Shown here: positions 1-10,461 of the stretch, piece by piece | How positions within the stretch are numbered: position 1 is the stretch's first letter | Layout of the letters: each line of letters starts with the position of its first letter | IMG/VR virus record: IMGVR_UViG_3300011269_000001 | DNA: 64,000 bases | Origin: a virus | Strand: one strand, 5' to 3' | Position numbers and translations under genes: made by a program | Notes under the pieces: model-generated | Told to the model about the DNA's origin: nothing | Seen by the model: only the letters and a program-made list of their open reading frames with translations | Database searches by the model: none

Positions 1-359
1 AGCTGCTGCAGGAGGACCAGAAGTTGTTGAGTTCCAAATTGGTGAGTGAAACCGATAGTTGGCTCAATCGCTGCCGCGAAGCGCTGATAGAGAGCCTCGG
101 CATCTACGGTCAGGGATTCGCCTTCGCCGTTGGCAATTTTAGCAAATTCAATACTGCCGGGACCGGTCACGAAAATACCAAAAGCCGCTTTCCGGAGGAG
201 TTCAGTGTACCGGGATGCAAGACTTTCCAGTCGTTGTTCAGCGGTTCTCTTGGCTGCTTCACGGCCCGGACGAACCTTGAAGCTTACCACGGAGATGTCT
301 TCGGTGGCGATTCTCTTTGTTTCTTGATACTCTTTCATCAGCGTGCTTAGTGTTTCCAT
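1..359 (-). CDS. hypothetical protein (partial, runs off the left edge)
   Basis: ATG at 359 directly after the polymerase stop; open frame METLSTLMKEYQETKRIATED... to the window edge. Confidence 0.6.
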   Translation of the reverse strand, partial: METLSTLMKEYQETKRIATEDISVVSFKVRPGREAAKRTAEQRLESLASRYTELLRKAAFGIFVTGPGSIEFAKIANGEGESLTVDAEALYQRFAAAIEPTIGFTHQFGTQQLLVLLQQ

Positions 360-3300
360 TTACTTGCTCTCCTCATCGAGCTTCTTCGGCAGTGGTGGTT
401 GAATCACTTCGACTCCGTCTATGTAGAACGGTCCTTCATCCCGTGAGCGGTATAATACCACAATCGCAATACTTCCTGCTATTGATGTCGCGGGAAGATT
501 TTCTATTTCGCCAGTTTTTCTGCTCGGCCACATCACGGTTGTGAGTCGGTGGCCGTCAATGTCCAGAGTGATTTCGGCCCGGGTGCATTTCTTGTTGTCT
601 GTCTTCCTAAAATAATCTTTGCGCTCATCATTGAGAATGTACGCGCAGACCCCGACGGCGATACCACCTTCTGGGACGGGCACAATTTCAGAAAGTCGGT
701 TCAGGCCGTTATTGCCGACGATTCTATATTTTTGGTCCCGGTACTCGTAGGTCCAGATACCCTTGATTTCTTCCGTGAAACCTTTGGACTTGAGGGAAAG
801 AATAGAACCAAAGAGTTCAGAAGAGAAGGATGGCGAAACTTTCTTGCAGAGTTGGTATCGGATGAGCGGGGTAGTATTCTGATACAAAGGATTGACGGGC
901 TTGGCGTTCTTCTTACTTTCGGCTCGGGCCAGAGCAGCTTCGAGGAGCATGAACTTCTCCTCAAAGAGGATATCGGGAGCGAAAAGGCTATCTAGGGAGC
1001 CACTGGCGACGAGCGGGTAAAGATTCCCGCGGTGCAAGCTACTGTGGCCTTTCTTTTCCTTTCCGGTTTCCGCGTCGACGGTCTTGTTGTCTTCCTTGTG
1101 CTTCTTTATTTTTTGGCAGAGGTCTTCGATGTTTGCGTACGGCTTCCCGGCCATCAGCTGCTTGTGAGCGTTTTCCCCGATGCCGTTCAAGAATGACAGC
1201 GGAGCATTGATTTTGTCACCGCGAATCTCGAAGACCTCGCTACTGACATTGATGTCCGGGATGGTTATCAGGTGGCCGCAGTACCGCCAGAACTTGGTGT
1301 CGATTTCATCTTTATCTGCGTGCCGGAGCACAGCAGTCCACCACTCCAGAGGATAATAGTGCTTCAGCCAGGCACAGGCATAGCCGATGGTGACGTAGCA
1401 CATGCTGTGGCTTTTATTGAATCCGTACTGGCCAAAGGTTTCCATACTGTTCCAGAGCTGTTCAGCGGCTTCTTTGCCGATGGTTTCTACAGCCCCGCGC
1501 ATGAATATTGCCCGGTCCTTGATGACGTTAGACATCTGCTTTTTGCTGATGTGGATTCGGAAGTTATTGGCCTCGATTGCCGTGGCCTTGCCAACTTCCT
1601 GGAAGACTTGCTGCAGCTGCTCCTGGTAGACGATGACACCGTAGGTCTCAGGAAATAACCGGTCCAAAATCGGGAAGGAGCCAATTTTGGCTTTATTCTT
1701 GGCTCGGTTGGCAAATTCCACGAGCATGTTGTGTTTCTTGCCTGTCACTGGGTCTTCGACTGGATAGTCCAGAGGTCCCGGACGGTCGAGAGCCGTGAAG
1801 GCGCTCAAGTCTTCAATGCTGTCCAGACCCTTATGTACTTCTCCGTTCTCCACGAAGCTGACCTCGTTGAAGTTACTCAACAGCTGCCGGGCGCCTGGGG
1901 TGTTGAACTGAAAAACTGATTCTGTCTTACTCTCGCACATGTCGTTGAAGACGGCTTGGTCCTCAGGAAGCTTCCAGATATCGTAGAATTCACCGCGGTG
2001 CGGTATCACGCGGATGATAGGCACTCGGCGGTTCTTGATTTCGATACTGGGAAGCTCGTACTTGGGGTTGAGTTTGATTTCTACTCCGCTCCGGGCCTGG
2101 ACGAGCTTGATACAGACGGCAATGTCCTTCAAGCTATTCAGATTCAAGAAGTCAACTTTCAGGGCGCCCATAGCCTCAACGCTGGTGGCCGTGAACTGAG
2201 TCACCCGGGTCTTGTCGATGGTGGTCAGTGGGATGAAGTTGGCGATGGGTTCGTTGCTGATAATGAATCCGCAGGCGTGGCGACCCTTCTGCCTTACCAG
2301 ACCAAGACAACGCTTGATGATTTCCCATTCCTTCGGATAGTTCTGGACAAAATATTGTAGCATGCCATCCTTCTCAATGACTCCCGGTGTCCAGGTCCCG
2401 TCACCGCTTTTGTACCCGAAGACAAAATCATGGTCCGTGATGCCCTGTGGCGGGTCCGGGAGGTCACCGCAGATGGCTTCGATGGTCGGGTCCACGCGAC
2501 CGTATAGGGCCCGGAAGACGTCCTTGATGCTGGACTTGAGCTTCATCGTCGTGTCGGTGCTGATTTGCGCGTAGCAATCCCCAAAACGGTCTCGGAGCCA
2601 GCCTTTGGTCGGGTCTTCTGGGTCCACGAGGATGTCACGGGACGGCAGGTCCTGGTCAATGTCCGGGAACTTACCACTCTGAATACGGTCAAGGGTCAGG
2701 AACCGGTCTCGGCTGAGCCCACGCTCCAGGGGGTCGACGTGGGTGATGTCTAGGACATAAGCCAGAAGCATGCCGGCGGCGCTACCTCGACCCGGTCCAG
2801 CGAGTTCCCCGCGCTTTTCATATTCCCAGTCAATTTCTTCGAGGATGAAAAAGTACGTGAGTAAGTCAATAGTGCCGTTGTAGTGTAGGAGGTCAATCTC
2901 GGACTTCAGGCGGTCGAAGTACTCGGGCTTGTGCCAATCCATGCGGCCGTGTTTTCGAACCAGTTCGATGGTATGTTCAAGGGTATTCGAGGGGTAGAAC
3001 TTAGTCGGGAGAGTGATTCTCGGAGAGAACTTAAAATCCTTGAAGCGACCGGACCAGGCCCAGTTATTCTCTATCCAGTATTCAAAGGTACTCTGGTCGA
3101 CCTTCATCACGTCCCGGAAATAATTCCAGGCCTGGTCGCTGGAGACTCGATGATGCACGTTCGAGAAACGCCAAGCGCCACCGCCTTGTTGAAGGCGAAT
3201 ATCTTGGACAATCTTCTCTTCGGGATTCGCAAAATGCGCATCGTCGCTGATGAGAACCGGGTCACCGTAACGCTGAGCCAATTCAAGCACGAATCTGTTG

Positions 3301-4226
3301 TGCCCTAACTGAAGGTCGCCGTCCGGAGCCCAGGCTCGACATTCATTTTTCAAAAAGCCTTGGCGAATCTCTATCAATTTAATTTCTTTTGGAGGATTCA
3401 GTTCCTGCCATTTGCGGTCTTCCATGATGGCAACCAGCCGATTGTGTTCCAACCTGAACCGCGCCGGGTTATCCACGAAGAGTCGAGCTAGCTTGCCGGC
3501 TTTGATGCCATGCTTCGCATCGCCTTTATGCTTGTCCGTCCGAAAATTCTTCCAATCCGGGAATCTTTGCGTCGTGTCATCCTCGAAAGTGACGAATACA
3601 GCACTGTCGTAAAAGGTATCGCAGACATGAGGGAATACTTCGACGTAGAAATTGCCGGGCTTCACCGATGCTCGAAGGCGTTCGTAGTACTTGATGGCTG
3701 TCTGGAAATCGTTCCGGGCCATCATGTGTCGGTTGACCATACCGATGAGACAGCTACTGGTCATGGTGATGTTTTTGCTTCCCAGCTCTTCGATGTCGCG
3801 CCAGTTGAACAGCGGCTTCTTTTCTTTGCCGTGACGTTCAGCCCTGAAATCAGCAGCGCTCAGAATCCGAGAGCAGGTGCTATAGGCTTCCTCGTCAAGG
3901 AGGTGCATGGTAATATGGCCGTACTTGAAATCTTCGTCCAGGAATTTGCCATCCTTGTCTTTCTGCAAGCCCTTCTCAAGCAAAATAGGACAGTCATCGT
4001 CTCGGAAGTATCCCTCCAGACCCAGGATGGGAGTCAACTTGCCGCGGTACTCCTTGCTGTGGGCCAGGTCATAGACCTTTCGGACAACAGAGAGGGAGCC
4101 GTGGTCAGTGACGGTGATGGCGCCGGTGCCCAATTCAACTTCCTTCTTGGCGAAAGCCTCTGCATTCGAAGCAGAGTCGAAGGAATCAATATGGACGTGG
4201 GGGCTTGGATAGCCGGGGAAACTCAT
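360..4226 (-). CDS. dnaE: DNA polymerase III alpha subunit (DnaE-type, family C)
   Basis: PHP motifs HVH and ITVTDHG; GPGRGSAAG; catalytic PDIDQD; KVDFLNL; RPGPL; ETYGVIVYQEQ; YGFNKSHS. Start taken at MSFPGYPSPHVH (4226). Confidence 0.95.
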   Translation of the reverse strand: MSFPGYPSPHVHIDSFDSASNAEAFAKKEVELGTGAITVTDHGSLSVVRKVYDLAHSKEYRGKLTPILGLEGYFRDDDCPILLEKGLQKDKDGKFLDEDFKYGHITMHLLDEEAYSTCSRILSAADFRAERHGKEKKPLFNWRDIEELGSKNITMTSSCLIGMVNRHMMARNDFQTAIKYYERLRASVKPGNFYVEVFPHVCDTFYDSAVFVTFEDDTTQRFPDWKNFRTDKHKGDAKHGIKAGKLARLFVDNPARFRLEHNRLVAIMEDRKWQELNPPKEIKLIEIRQGFLKNECRAWAPDGDLQLGHNRFVLELAQRYGDPVLISDDAHFANPEEKIVQDIRLQQGGGAWRFSNVHHRVSSDQAWNYFRDVMKVDQSTFEYWIENNWAWSGRFKDFKFSPRITLPTKFYPSNTLEHTIELVRKHGRMDWHKPEYFDRLKSEIDLLHYNGTIDLLTYFFILEEIDWEYEKRGELAGPGRGSAAGMLLAYVLDITHVDPLERGLSRDRFLTLDRIQSGKFPDIDQDLPSRDILVDPEDPTKGWLRDRFGDCYAQISTDTTMKLKSSIKDVFRALYGRVDPTIEAICGDLPDPPQGITDHDFVFGYKSGDGTWTPGVIEKDGMLQYFVQNYPKEWEIIKRCLGLVRQKGRHACGFIISNEPIANFIPLTTIDKTRVTQFTATSVEAMGALKVDFLNLNSLKDIAVCIKLVQARSGVEIKLNPKYELPSIEIKNRRVPIIRVIPHRGEFYDIWKLPEDQAVFNDMCESKTESVFQFNTPGARQLLSNFNEVSFVENGEVHKGLDSIEDLSAFTALDRPGPLDYPVEDPVTGKKHNMLVEFANRAKNKAKIGSFPILDRLFPETYGVIVYQEQLQQVFQEVGKATAIEANNFRIHISKKQMSNVIKDRAIFMRGAVETIGKEAAEQLWNSMETFGQYGFNKSHSMCYVTIGYACAWLKHYYPLEWWTAVLRHADKDEIDTKFWRYCGHLITIPDINVSSEVFEIRGDKINAPLSFLNGIGENAHKQLMAGKPYANIEDLCQKIKKHKEDNKTVDAETGKEKKGHSSLHRGNLYPLVASGSLDSLFAPDILFEEKFMLLEAALARAESKKNAKPVNPLYQNTTPLIRYQLCKKVSPSFSSELFGSILSLKSKGFTEEIKGIWTYEYRDQKYRIVGNNGLNRLSEIVPVPEGGIAVGVCAYILNDERKDYFRKTDNKKCTRAEITLDIDGHRLTTVMWPSRKTGEIENLPATSIAGSIAIVVLYRSRDEGPFYIDGVEVIQPPLPKKLDEESK

Positions 4227-4231
4227 TCCGA

Positions 4232-4489
4232 TTAGTCTAACACGGATTGCTTCAATTTGAACGCGAGAGGTTCTTGACGACGAGGGAAAACATTCACGTA
4301 CTGGTCCGGCATCCAACCGTACATGGGAATATTGTTCTCAGTCACCGCCATCCATTTCTGTCCACAGTTGCTGCACTTCAGAAACAAGCCGCCGTCAGAG
4401 AAATTCAGAAAATCGTGATGACAGGGCTCTGGTGCTTTCTTCGGAAGAAGAGCCTTTAGGAGGTCGTTGATTTTACTTTTTGATTTCAT
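4232..4489 (-). CDS. small zinc-ribbon-like hypothetical protein
   Basis: CHH...CSNCG; ATGA overlap with upstream gene. Confidence 0.55.
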   Translation of the reverse strand: MKSKSKINDLLKALLPKKAPEPCHHDFLNFSDGGLFLKCSNCGQKWMAVTENNIPMYGWMPDQYVNVFPRRQEPLAFKLKQSVLD

Positions 4490-4716
4490 GGCAAATCCTC
4501 TTCCCGGACTTTCATCTTCCGACGCATTTTTCGGATGACTTTTTCGTACTGAGCCTCAACGTCTTCTTCAGTAATCAACAGTGCCTGAGCGATGACCCGA
4601 GACGGGGCACCGTCGGGGTAGCGTTCCAAGAGCTTGTTCAGGCTGTAGTCGAAGCGCTTGACGAAGATGAAGTCTGGGTCTGTTTCGATTCTGATGCGAG
4701 CTTCTTCCATCGTCAT
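4486..4716 (-). CDS. small HTH (sigma70 region 4-like) protein
   Basis: SRVIAQALLITEEDVEAQYEKVIRKMR resembles a region-4 HTH. Confidence 0.5.
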   Translation of the reverse strand: MTMEEARIRIETDPDFIFVKRFDYSLNKLLERYPDGAPSRVIAQALLITEEDVEAQYEKVIRKMRRKMKVREEDLP

Positions 4717-5838
4717 TTAGAATCCAAAAAAGGGTTTGATGATTTTGTCCAGGGACTTGTCTTTGTCGGTGTGCTCGTCCACGTCAACGGTGAGTTTATG
4801 GCCGACGATATGACCCGGGACCGACTCCCAGATTTTCTGAGAGCAGGCGTTGTGGGTGATACCGATGCTCACGGCATAGGCATCAGGCGGCAGCAAGCAG
4901 CTGTTGGTCATGAAGATAACGCCGTTCGGGAGTTTTGTCTCGGAGTCTACGTGCACGTGGCCGCAGATAAAAAGCCGATGCCGTTTGTCCGGAGCAAGCT
5001 TGCCGTTAATTTCATTGACCTGCCGGCGAACCTTCTCTGTGTCGATGGACTTATTCGGATATCCGGGCGTCACCACCGTGTCGCCATGGGTTCCGAAACC
5101 GCTCATTCCGAAAGCGTCCCAGGTATAGAAAGGCATTAACGGGATGATGACTTCGACGTTGGGAATCTTCGCTGTCATCAGCGCGGTCTTGATGGAGAAG
5201 TAAATCATATTCTCCAGCGAATCCCACTTCTGATTGACGGCTCTGTCCTTGTGTCGGGCCGTATTTCGACCGTGATTGCCAGGGGTGCAAAACACGGTGA
5301 CTTTCTTGAACCGTCCACAGAGGTAAACGACGGCCTGCGTCAGGATGTGGACTGCACGGGAAAACTGTTCTGCCAGAGGAGCCCCATCCCGGGGGTCGTA
5401 GAGATGATTCTGGATGATGTCCCCGATGAGATGAATGAATAGTTGTGTCTCATCCCGATACTGGAGTTTCCATTCAGCCAGGGTCTGGACGATGAAAGCC
5501 ATTCGCCGTGACTCTTCGACGATGCCGTATTTGGTCGGAACTTCCCGCGGGTCCAGGTCTGAGCCAAAGTGTAGGTCAGACCAGATGCCGTTAAGGATTC
5601 GTTCCGTGGGAGTACGCCGGTCCTTCGCCTTGTACTGAGGGACGGCAATTTTGTCCTTGAAAATCTTCTCCAGTTTGTCTTCAATCTGAGACTGGAAAAG
5701 ATTGTTTTGTGCAGCCTGAAGGGTAACCTTCTTATTGACAAAACGCTGATTGACACCGAGGATGTCTTGCGCTTTGTCTTTAAGATAGGCTAAGACCTGC
5801 GCTTCTTGGAAGCGCGTTTCGTCAGCCTTTTTTGTCAT
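4717..5838 (-). CDS. calcineurin-like metallophosphoesterase
   Basis: SDLHFG, GDIIQN, GNHGR, HGD and GHVH motifs in canonical order. Confidence 0.85.
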   Translation of the reverse strand: MTKKADETRFQEAQVLAYLKDKAQDILGVNQRFVNKKVTLQAAQNNLFQSQIEDKLEKIFKDKIAVPQYKAKDRRTPTERILNGIWSDLHFGSDLDPREVPTKYGIVEESRRMAFIVQTLAEWKLQYRDETQLFIHLIGDIIQNHLYDPRDGAPLAEQFSRAVHILTQAVVYLCGRFKKVTVFCTPGNHGRNTARHKDRAVNQKWDSLENMIYFSIKTALMTAKIPNVEVIIPLMPFYTWDAFGMSGFGTHGDTVVTPGYPNKSIDTEKVRRQVNEINGKLAPDKRHRLFICGHVHVDSETKLPNGVIFMTNSCLLPPDAYAVSIGITHNACSQKIWESVPGHIVGHKLTVDVDEHTDKDKSLDKIIKPFFGF

Positions 5839-5841
5839 GGG

Positions 5842-6597
5842 TTACTGAGGCTGAGCAGGAGAAGGTTGCGTGGCCTCAGGCGTCGCTTCGGGAGCCGGCG
5901 GAGGAACAAGAGTCAAGCTTGGCTTGGCGGCTTCAGCTGCTGGAGCTGGAGTTGTCTCAGCGGTTGCTGGAGCTTCAGACGCCGGTGTCGCAGTAGCTTG
6001 GGCTTTTGCCTCGGCCTCGGCCTTTGCCTTGGCAAGAACTTCCTCTTGGGCTTTTGCCGCAGCCGCAGCCTCTTCCTTGGCAACTTCCTCAGAACGTTTC
6101 TCATCGACTTCGTAGATTTCGACAACCTCCCACTTACCACCAGGAGGAGTTTCGACCGTGAAGCCTATGCCCTGACCGAGCATCTTCTCGCCAATGGCTT
6201 TGTCGATTTGGCTAAAGCGGAGCTGCGAACGGCCTGGGAAGATAATCTCACCTTCCTTGGTGGTTTCTTTACCAATGAGGAGAGATTTGTCGGTGATTTT
6301 CTCCGAGACCACAAGAATGCCTTTGCCCTTAAGCGTTTCAATCTGGGCTACCTGGGCATCAGATTGTTCCTTCAGGCGATTGCGGCGAGTCTCGATGACC
6401 TGTTGCTGAACTTGCTCCATGCCAACGAGGACGACCACAGCGTCCAGCACCTCAGTAGCATTCATGACCTGGCTGTTGATGTTGCCCAGGCTCTGGTTGA
6501 CTGCGGTGATGATTTGCAATTGGCCTGCTTCAAGTGCATCCAGGCGCTCGATTGCGTTCTTGGTTCGTGCTCTCAGACTCGGATTTTCGTTTCCCAT
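5842..6597 (-). CDS. hypothetical protein with Ala/Pro/Glu-rich tail
   Basis: 251-aa ORF with GGAG SD, in operon. Confidence 0.7.
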   Translation of the reverse strand: MGNENPSLRARTKNAIERLDALEAGQLQIITAVNQSLGNINSQVMNATEVLDAVVVLVGMEQVQQQVIETRRNRLKEQSDAQVAQIETLKGKGILVVSEKITDKSLLIGKETTKEGEIIFPGRSQLRFSQIDKAIGEKMLGQGIGFTVETPPGGKWEVVEIYEVDEKRSEEVAKEEAAAAAKAQEEVLAKAKAEAEAKAQATATPASEAPATAETTPAPAAEAAKPSLTLVPPPAPEATPEATQPSPAQPQ

Positions 6598-6602
6598 TTT
6601 TA

Positions 6603-7526
6603 TTACTCCCCTTGTACACCGCTAGATGCGATGGTGATTGCCTTGGCAATTGTTCCGCCCTGTGCTCGCAGTGCCATGTCCGCGTGCTGGACGTTAATCA
6701 TGTTCTGTTGCTCCGGAGAAATCGGTGGAAATGGCACTATACCAACTCCCGGCTTCGGGCGTGCTGGCGGGGTGATGTTCATCCTGACTTCTTTGCCGTC
6801 TTCAGTCACGACTGTTTTGAAAACCTTTCCGTCTTCAACTTCCACCGCCGGGTCATCCCTGAGGGCTGGGGGAAGTTCTGCTTTGCTCTTGTATCTCCCA
6901 GCGGTACTCTTGGCCTGTTTCCTCGTGGCGACAGGTTTTGGTATCACCTTAGATTGTGTCTGGATTGCAGACTTTCTCAGTGCCGGAGCCGGAGCGACTG
7001 CTCTGGGAGCAGGACGAGTGATGGTAGCGGTCTCAACCTTTTTCAGGGCAGGGGGTGCAGAAGAAGGTTTTGCCGGAGCCGGTGCCAGTGGTGCTACCAG
7101 GTCCGGTCTTTTCAGGACTCGGGCAGCTAGGGCCTTAAGAGCCGCTACTTCTTCCTGGTCGAAAAGCGGTGGGGGCGGGGGTTCGGCTTTCTTTTCCTCG
7201 GGCTTCATACCCAGGAGAACCGCGAGCCGGCCTCGAATAAATTCTCGGAGTTCGTTCTGTACGGTTTGAGAAGATTCCGTTTCCTCTTCGAACAAGTTGT
7301 CCTTAAGAATCAGATTGTAGTACTGGGCAATGTCAAGCCTTTTCTCAACCTCGGACATCTGGTTTTCGACTTCGTCAGCGTACTCAGCGACAACAGCCTC
7401 GGCTTCTTGCTCTTGTGCTTGAGCGGACGTCTGTGGATTTGCTTCTTGAGCAGGGTCAGCCGCATCTAACCCTTCCATGGGGTCTAAGGGCTCAGGATTT
7501 TCTTGATTGAAGTCAAACGGCATCAA
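6603..7526 (-). CDS. hypothetical protein (acidic N-terminus, Pro/Lys-rich linker)
   Basis: 307-aa ORF preceded by the promoter-like motif at 7550-7560. Confidence 0.7.
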   Translation of the reverse strand: MMPFDFNQENPEPLDPMEGLDAADPAQEANPQTSAQAQEQEAEAVVAEYADEVENQMSEVEKRLDIAQYYNLILKDNLFEEETESSQTVQNELREFIRGRLAVLLGMKPEEKKAEPPPPPLFDQEEVAALKALAARVLKRPDLVAPLAPAPAKPSSAPPALKKVETATITRPAPRAVAPAPALRKSAIQTQSKVIPKPVATRKQAKSTAGRYKSKAELPPALRDDPAVEVEDGKVFKTVVTEDGKEVRMNITPPARPKPGVGIVPFPPISPEQQNMINVQHADMALRAQGGTIAKAITIASSGVQGE

Positions 7527-7562
7527 ATCCTCAGTTCATCAACGCGTGCAGTATAACACAAT

Positions 7563-9470
7563 TCATTTCAACTCGCATGCATCCCCGGTGCAGGCAAGAG
7601 CTGAAGAGCCGGTGGTGTTGTCATCGTTTTCGTAATTCGACAGCTTTGAATAGTCGATGACTGGAAATCTTTTAACCATTTCTTCATATTCAGCTTTGGT
7701 GATTTCCTGATAGGGAGCCAATTCATATTTCCCGCCGTCGAAGGGGAGGAACGAGACACCGGAGATGTCGTCAAAATGGTCGTAGACCCAGGAGGCAACC
7801 TGAAGCCATTCGGTCTCTTTCACATAGACGGTCATGCTCTGGTTATGTTCACACCAATGCTTTTTTAATTTCAGGTACCATTCCAGCTGTTCGATGGCTG
7901 TGACGTCATGGCGGGTCAAAGCTTTGGCTGGAGCTGCTTCAGGGAATTCAACAACCCAGGTCATCACATCTTCTGGTTTCCAGTCGGGTCTGCTGCCGGG
8001 GCCTTGATTGAGTTCCGGCACGAACTTGACACCCTGGTCCTTCATCATCCGGTACAGAGGGTCGGTGGCACTTATCCGGTACCGGCGGATGTAAAACTTC
8101 GCGTATCGAGTATGGCCACCTGAGGCACAGTTGACCAGTTGACTGACAGAGCCGCTGGGCTTACCGGTGGTAATGGCCGCGGACATGTTTATACCCAAGG
8201 CCTTGCAAGCCTTCCGACACTCGCGAATTGCCACGTCCCGTAGGTCTTCTAGGCGCTCTTCGGTTATCAACTTGGGGTTGTCCATGAGCCCGGTTAGACT
8301 CACGCCCAGAAGCCTTTCTTTTTCGCACATTTCCTTGAAAGAAGGTCTGATGAATGGGAAGTCGGTAAGGCAGGCTTGCATGACGCCCAGCCACACCGAG
8401 CTTTTTACCTTTTCTTGAAGGGTAGCAAAGGTATCGTGGGCTCTGATGACGTTTTCCGTCAGATTACAGAACTCCCCGGTATCTACTCTGAGAATTATTT
8501 CAAAGCATGGATTAGCTCGAAAATATTCGCTCTCTTCGCGACGGGGACTAGACTTCTTTGCCGCAGCCAGGTTGAAGATACCCCGTTCCCCAGAACCGGA
8601 AGCTGCCAAAGCCGTCCACTCGCGCATGAAGGTAATCATGTCCGGCTTGCCAACGTATACGGCACTGTTGTTACTCTGCCGACGCTGCTCCGGGATGGGG
8701 AAATCCTTAGCATGCCGCATTCGTTCGTCGTCAAGGTCCGAGAATGTGGATTCTGCAGCCCGGCGGATGCCTCCAACTTCAGTGACCAAGCCGCACATAT
8801 TCCCGATGTCCAACCACTCGTCGGAATACAGTCGTCTGCCCTGAGCTTTGAGGATGATGTCTCTGGTAAATTGATGCAGGCGCATCAAAGGCTCTGGGCC
8901 GCTGGCACGGCCGCCCATGGTCTTGAGCCTTGCCCCGCGGCGCCTGACGTTGCTGTAGTTGAACTCTACGTCTTTGCCGTCGAACCAAGTTTCCACACCG
9001 ACCCTGAGACTGGTGGCCCATCCTTCCCTACTGTCGCCAACAACATGTGTCCCGACAGAAAATTCTGTGAAGGGTTTTACCGCCGGTATCTGGTCAATGA
9101 ACTGCTTCTCAATGGCAAAACTACAGCCGGTGCTGCACATGAGGATGTAGAAAAGTTCGGATGTACTCACGAGGTCCTGGAAAGCCAGGGCGCCGCAGTT
9201 GTAGCCGATGATATTGTTTTTCTCCAGTGCTGGCCCAGCGCTCCAGAGAGCGCGCATCGACGGCATCACGTCCATGCTCAAGACTGCTTCCTGGGTCTTT
9301 TGCCAGACTTTCTTCGGGACCTTGGATTCGAACTTCTTCTTGAAGAAAGCAAAATACCTTTCGACAGCCTCTTCCCAGGTCTCACGTCGCTGCAGGCCGT
9401 CCTGCCACCGGGAGTAGGTTCGGTAGAATACGAAGAGCTGTGATGGAGAAAGTGATTTCATTCTTGTCAC
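7563..9470 (-). CDS. nrdJ: class II (B12-dependent) ribonucleotide reductase
   Basis: RRETWEE, PSMRALW, YNC, GGRASGPEPL, NPCFEI, KPSGSVSQL, EHNQSMT, APYQEI, C-terminal CTGDAC; no NrdB in window. Confidence 0.92.
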   Translation of the reverse strand: MTRMKSLSPSQLFVFYRTYSRWQDGLQRRETWEEAVERYFAFFKKKFESKVPKKVWQKTQEAVLSMDVMPSMRALWSAGPALEKNNIIGYNCGALAFQDLVSTSELFYILMCSTGCSFAIEKQFIDQIPAVKPFTEFSVGTHVVGDSREGWATSLRVGVETWFDGKDVEFNYSNVRRRGARLKTMGGRASGPEPLMRLHQFTRDIILKAQGRRLYSDEWLDIGNMCGLVTEVGGIRRAAESTFSDLDDERMRHAKDFPIPEQRRQSNNSAVYVGKPDMITFMREWTALAASGSGERGIFNLAAAKKSSPRREESEYFRANPCFEIILRVDTGEFCNLTENVIRAHDTFATLQEKVKSSVWLGVMQACLTDFPFIRPSFKEMCEKERLLGVSLTGLMDNPKLITEERLEDLRDVAIRECRKACKALGINMSAAITTGKPSGSVSQLVNCASGGHTRYAKFYIRRYRISATDPLYRMMKDQGVKFVPELNQGPGSRPDWKPEDVMTWVVEFPEAAPAKALTRHDVTAIEQLEWYLKLKKHWCEHNQSMTVYVKETEWLQVASWVYDHFDDISGVSFLPFDGGKYELAPYQEITKAEYEEMVKRFPVIDYSKLSNYENDDNTTGSSALACTGDACELK

Positions 9471-9787
9471 CGAACCCTTGGTGGACGTCGAAGTTCATAG
9501 GCTTCAAGATAGGCGGTTGCGTTGCGAGACCTTTCGACGGTGATGCCCCGACCAAGATAAGCGTGATTGCAAAACCAATCAGTCACTCCACGAACATATA
9601 GTTTCCGCTGCTCGGGAGGCATCTGGCGCCATTTTTTTACATGTTCGTGGTCAGTGACCATACGTCCTGTGGTCGGGACCTGTTTGCACACCGGGCAAAC
9701 CCCATCCTGTCGTTCGAGGATAGCCAGCCATTCCTCGGCTGTAAGACCATACTTGTTCAGTGTGGTCTTCGACGGTACCTTAACCAT
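9467..9787 (-). CDS. endonuclease VII-family protein
   Basis: KYGLT...QDGVCPVC...DHEH...VRGV..WFCN. Confidence 0.75.
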   Translation of the reverse strand: MVKVPSKTTLNKYGLTAEEWLAILERQDGVCPVCKQVPTTGRMVTDHEHVKKWRQMPPEQRKLYVRGVTDWFCNHAYLGRGITVERSRNATAYLEAYELRRPPRVR

Positions 9788-9797
9788 GACTAGAAGT

Positions 9798-10088
9798 TTA
9801 TCGCTTGCCGCGAGCTTCCAGAATGGAATGCGCGAAGCTGATGCGAAGCCTGTTCATCTTCGTCGCTTCCGAATACTGCTCCCCGGCAAACTTAGCTGCG
9901 TCGCGCTTTTCTTTGAGGTCTTGGTCAGCTTTCTTTGCCGCCAGATTCTCAACTTCATTCATCGCGACTTCGGCAATCCGCTGGCTGATTTCTTCGTCAG
10001 TCATGCCGGCGACGTTCTCTTTGAACTCCACATCCAAGTCAGCCCAAGGGCTTTTGTCTTTTTTCATGCGACGCATTAGAGTCTCCAA
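9798..10088 (-). CDS. hypothetical helical protein
   Basis: 96-aa ORF downstream of the promoter-like motif at 10140-10150. Confidence 0.6.
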   Translation of the reverse strand: METLMRRMKKDKSPWADLDVEFKENVAGMTDEEISQRIAEVAMNEVENLAAKKADQDLKEKRDAAKFAGEQYSEATKMNRLRISFAHSILEARGKR

Positions 10089-10155
10089 TATTCTGTGTAA
10101 TGCATTTTCGTTTCAGACCGAATATAGTCTGAGGACAGAAGTATATCACGAATCC

Positions 10156-10461
10156 TCAGTTCTTCTTCGGAGCTTTTGGCTTCGGGTCCCCGTCATCGTA
10201 GTCGTGGTAATCGACGTCCGGTTCTGAGTACTGGTTCCAGAGAAGGATTTCAAATTTCTCTTGCCAGTCGGGAACTAACAGCCCTCTTCGGTTCAAAAGC
10301 GCCAAGGACCCCTGAAGATAAGAAATCGCCACCAGCTCACCTTCGCCGAGGTCGTATTGCCCCGAGTCTGGGAGAATGCAGGGTCTGGGCGCTTCAAGGA
10401 GTGCTGTCCGAGCAGCTGACTTCAGAAGTAGAACCTCTTGCACCGTTAGTCTTTTGGACAC
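10156..10461 (-). CDS. hypothetical protein
   Basis: ORF overlapping the SbcC stop. Confidence 0.55.
   Translation of the reverse strand: MSKRLTVQEVLLLKSAARTALLEAPRPCILPDSGQYDLGEGELVAISYLQGSLALLNRRGLLVPDWQEKFEILLWNQYSEPDVDYHDYDDGDPKPKAPKKN

Noticed and set aside
5806-7269. 487-aa plus-strand ORF and other long antisense ORFs (e.g. 8376-9443, 24670-25536)
   Set aside because: Shadow frames opposite well-supported genes; no motifs
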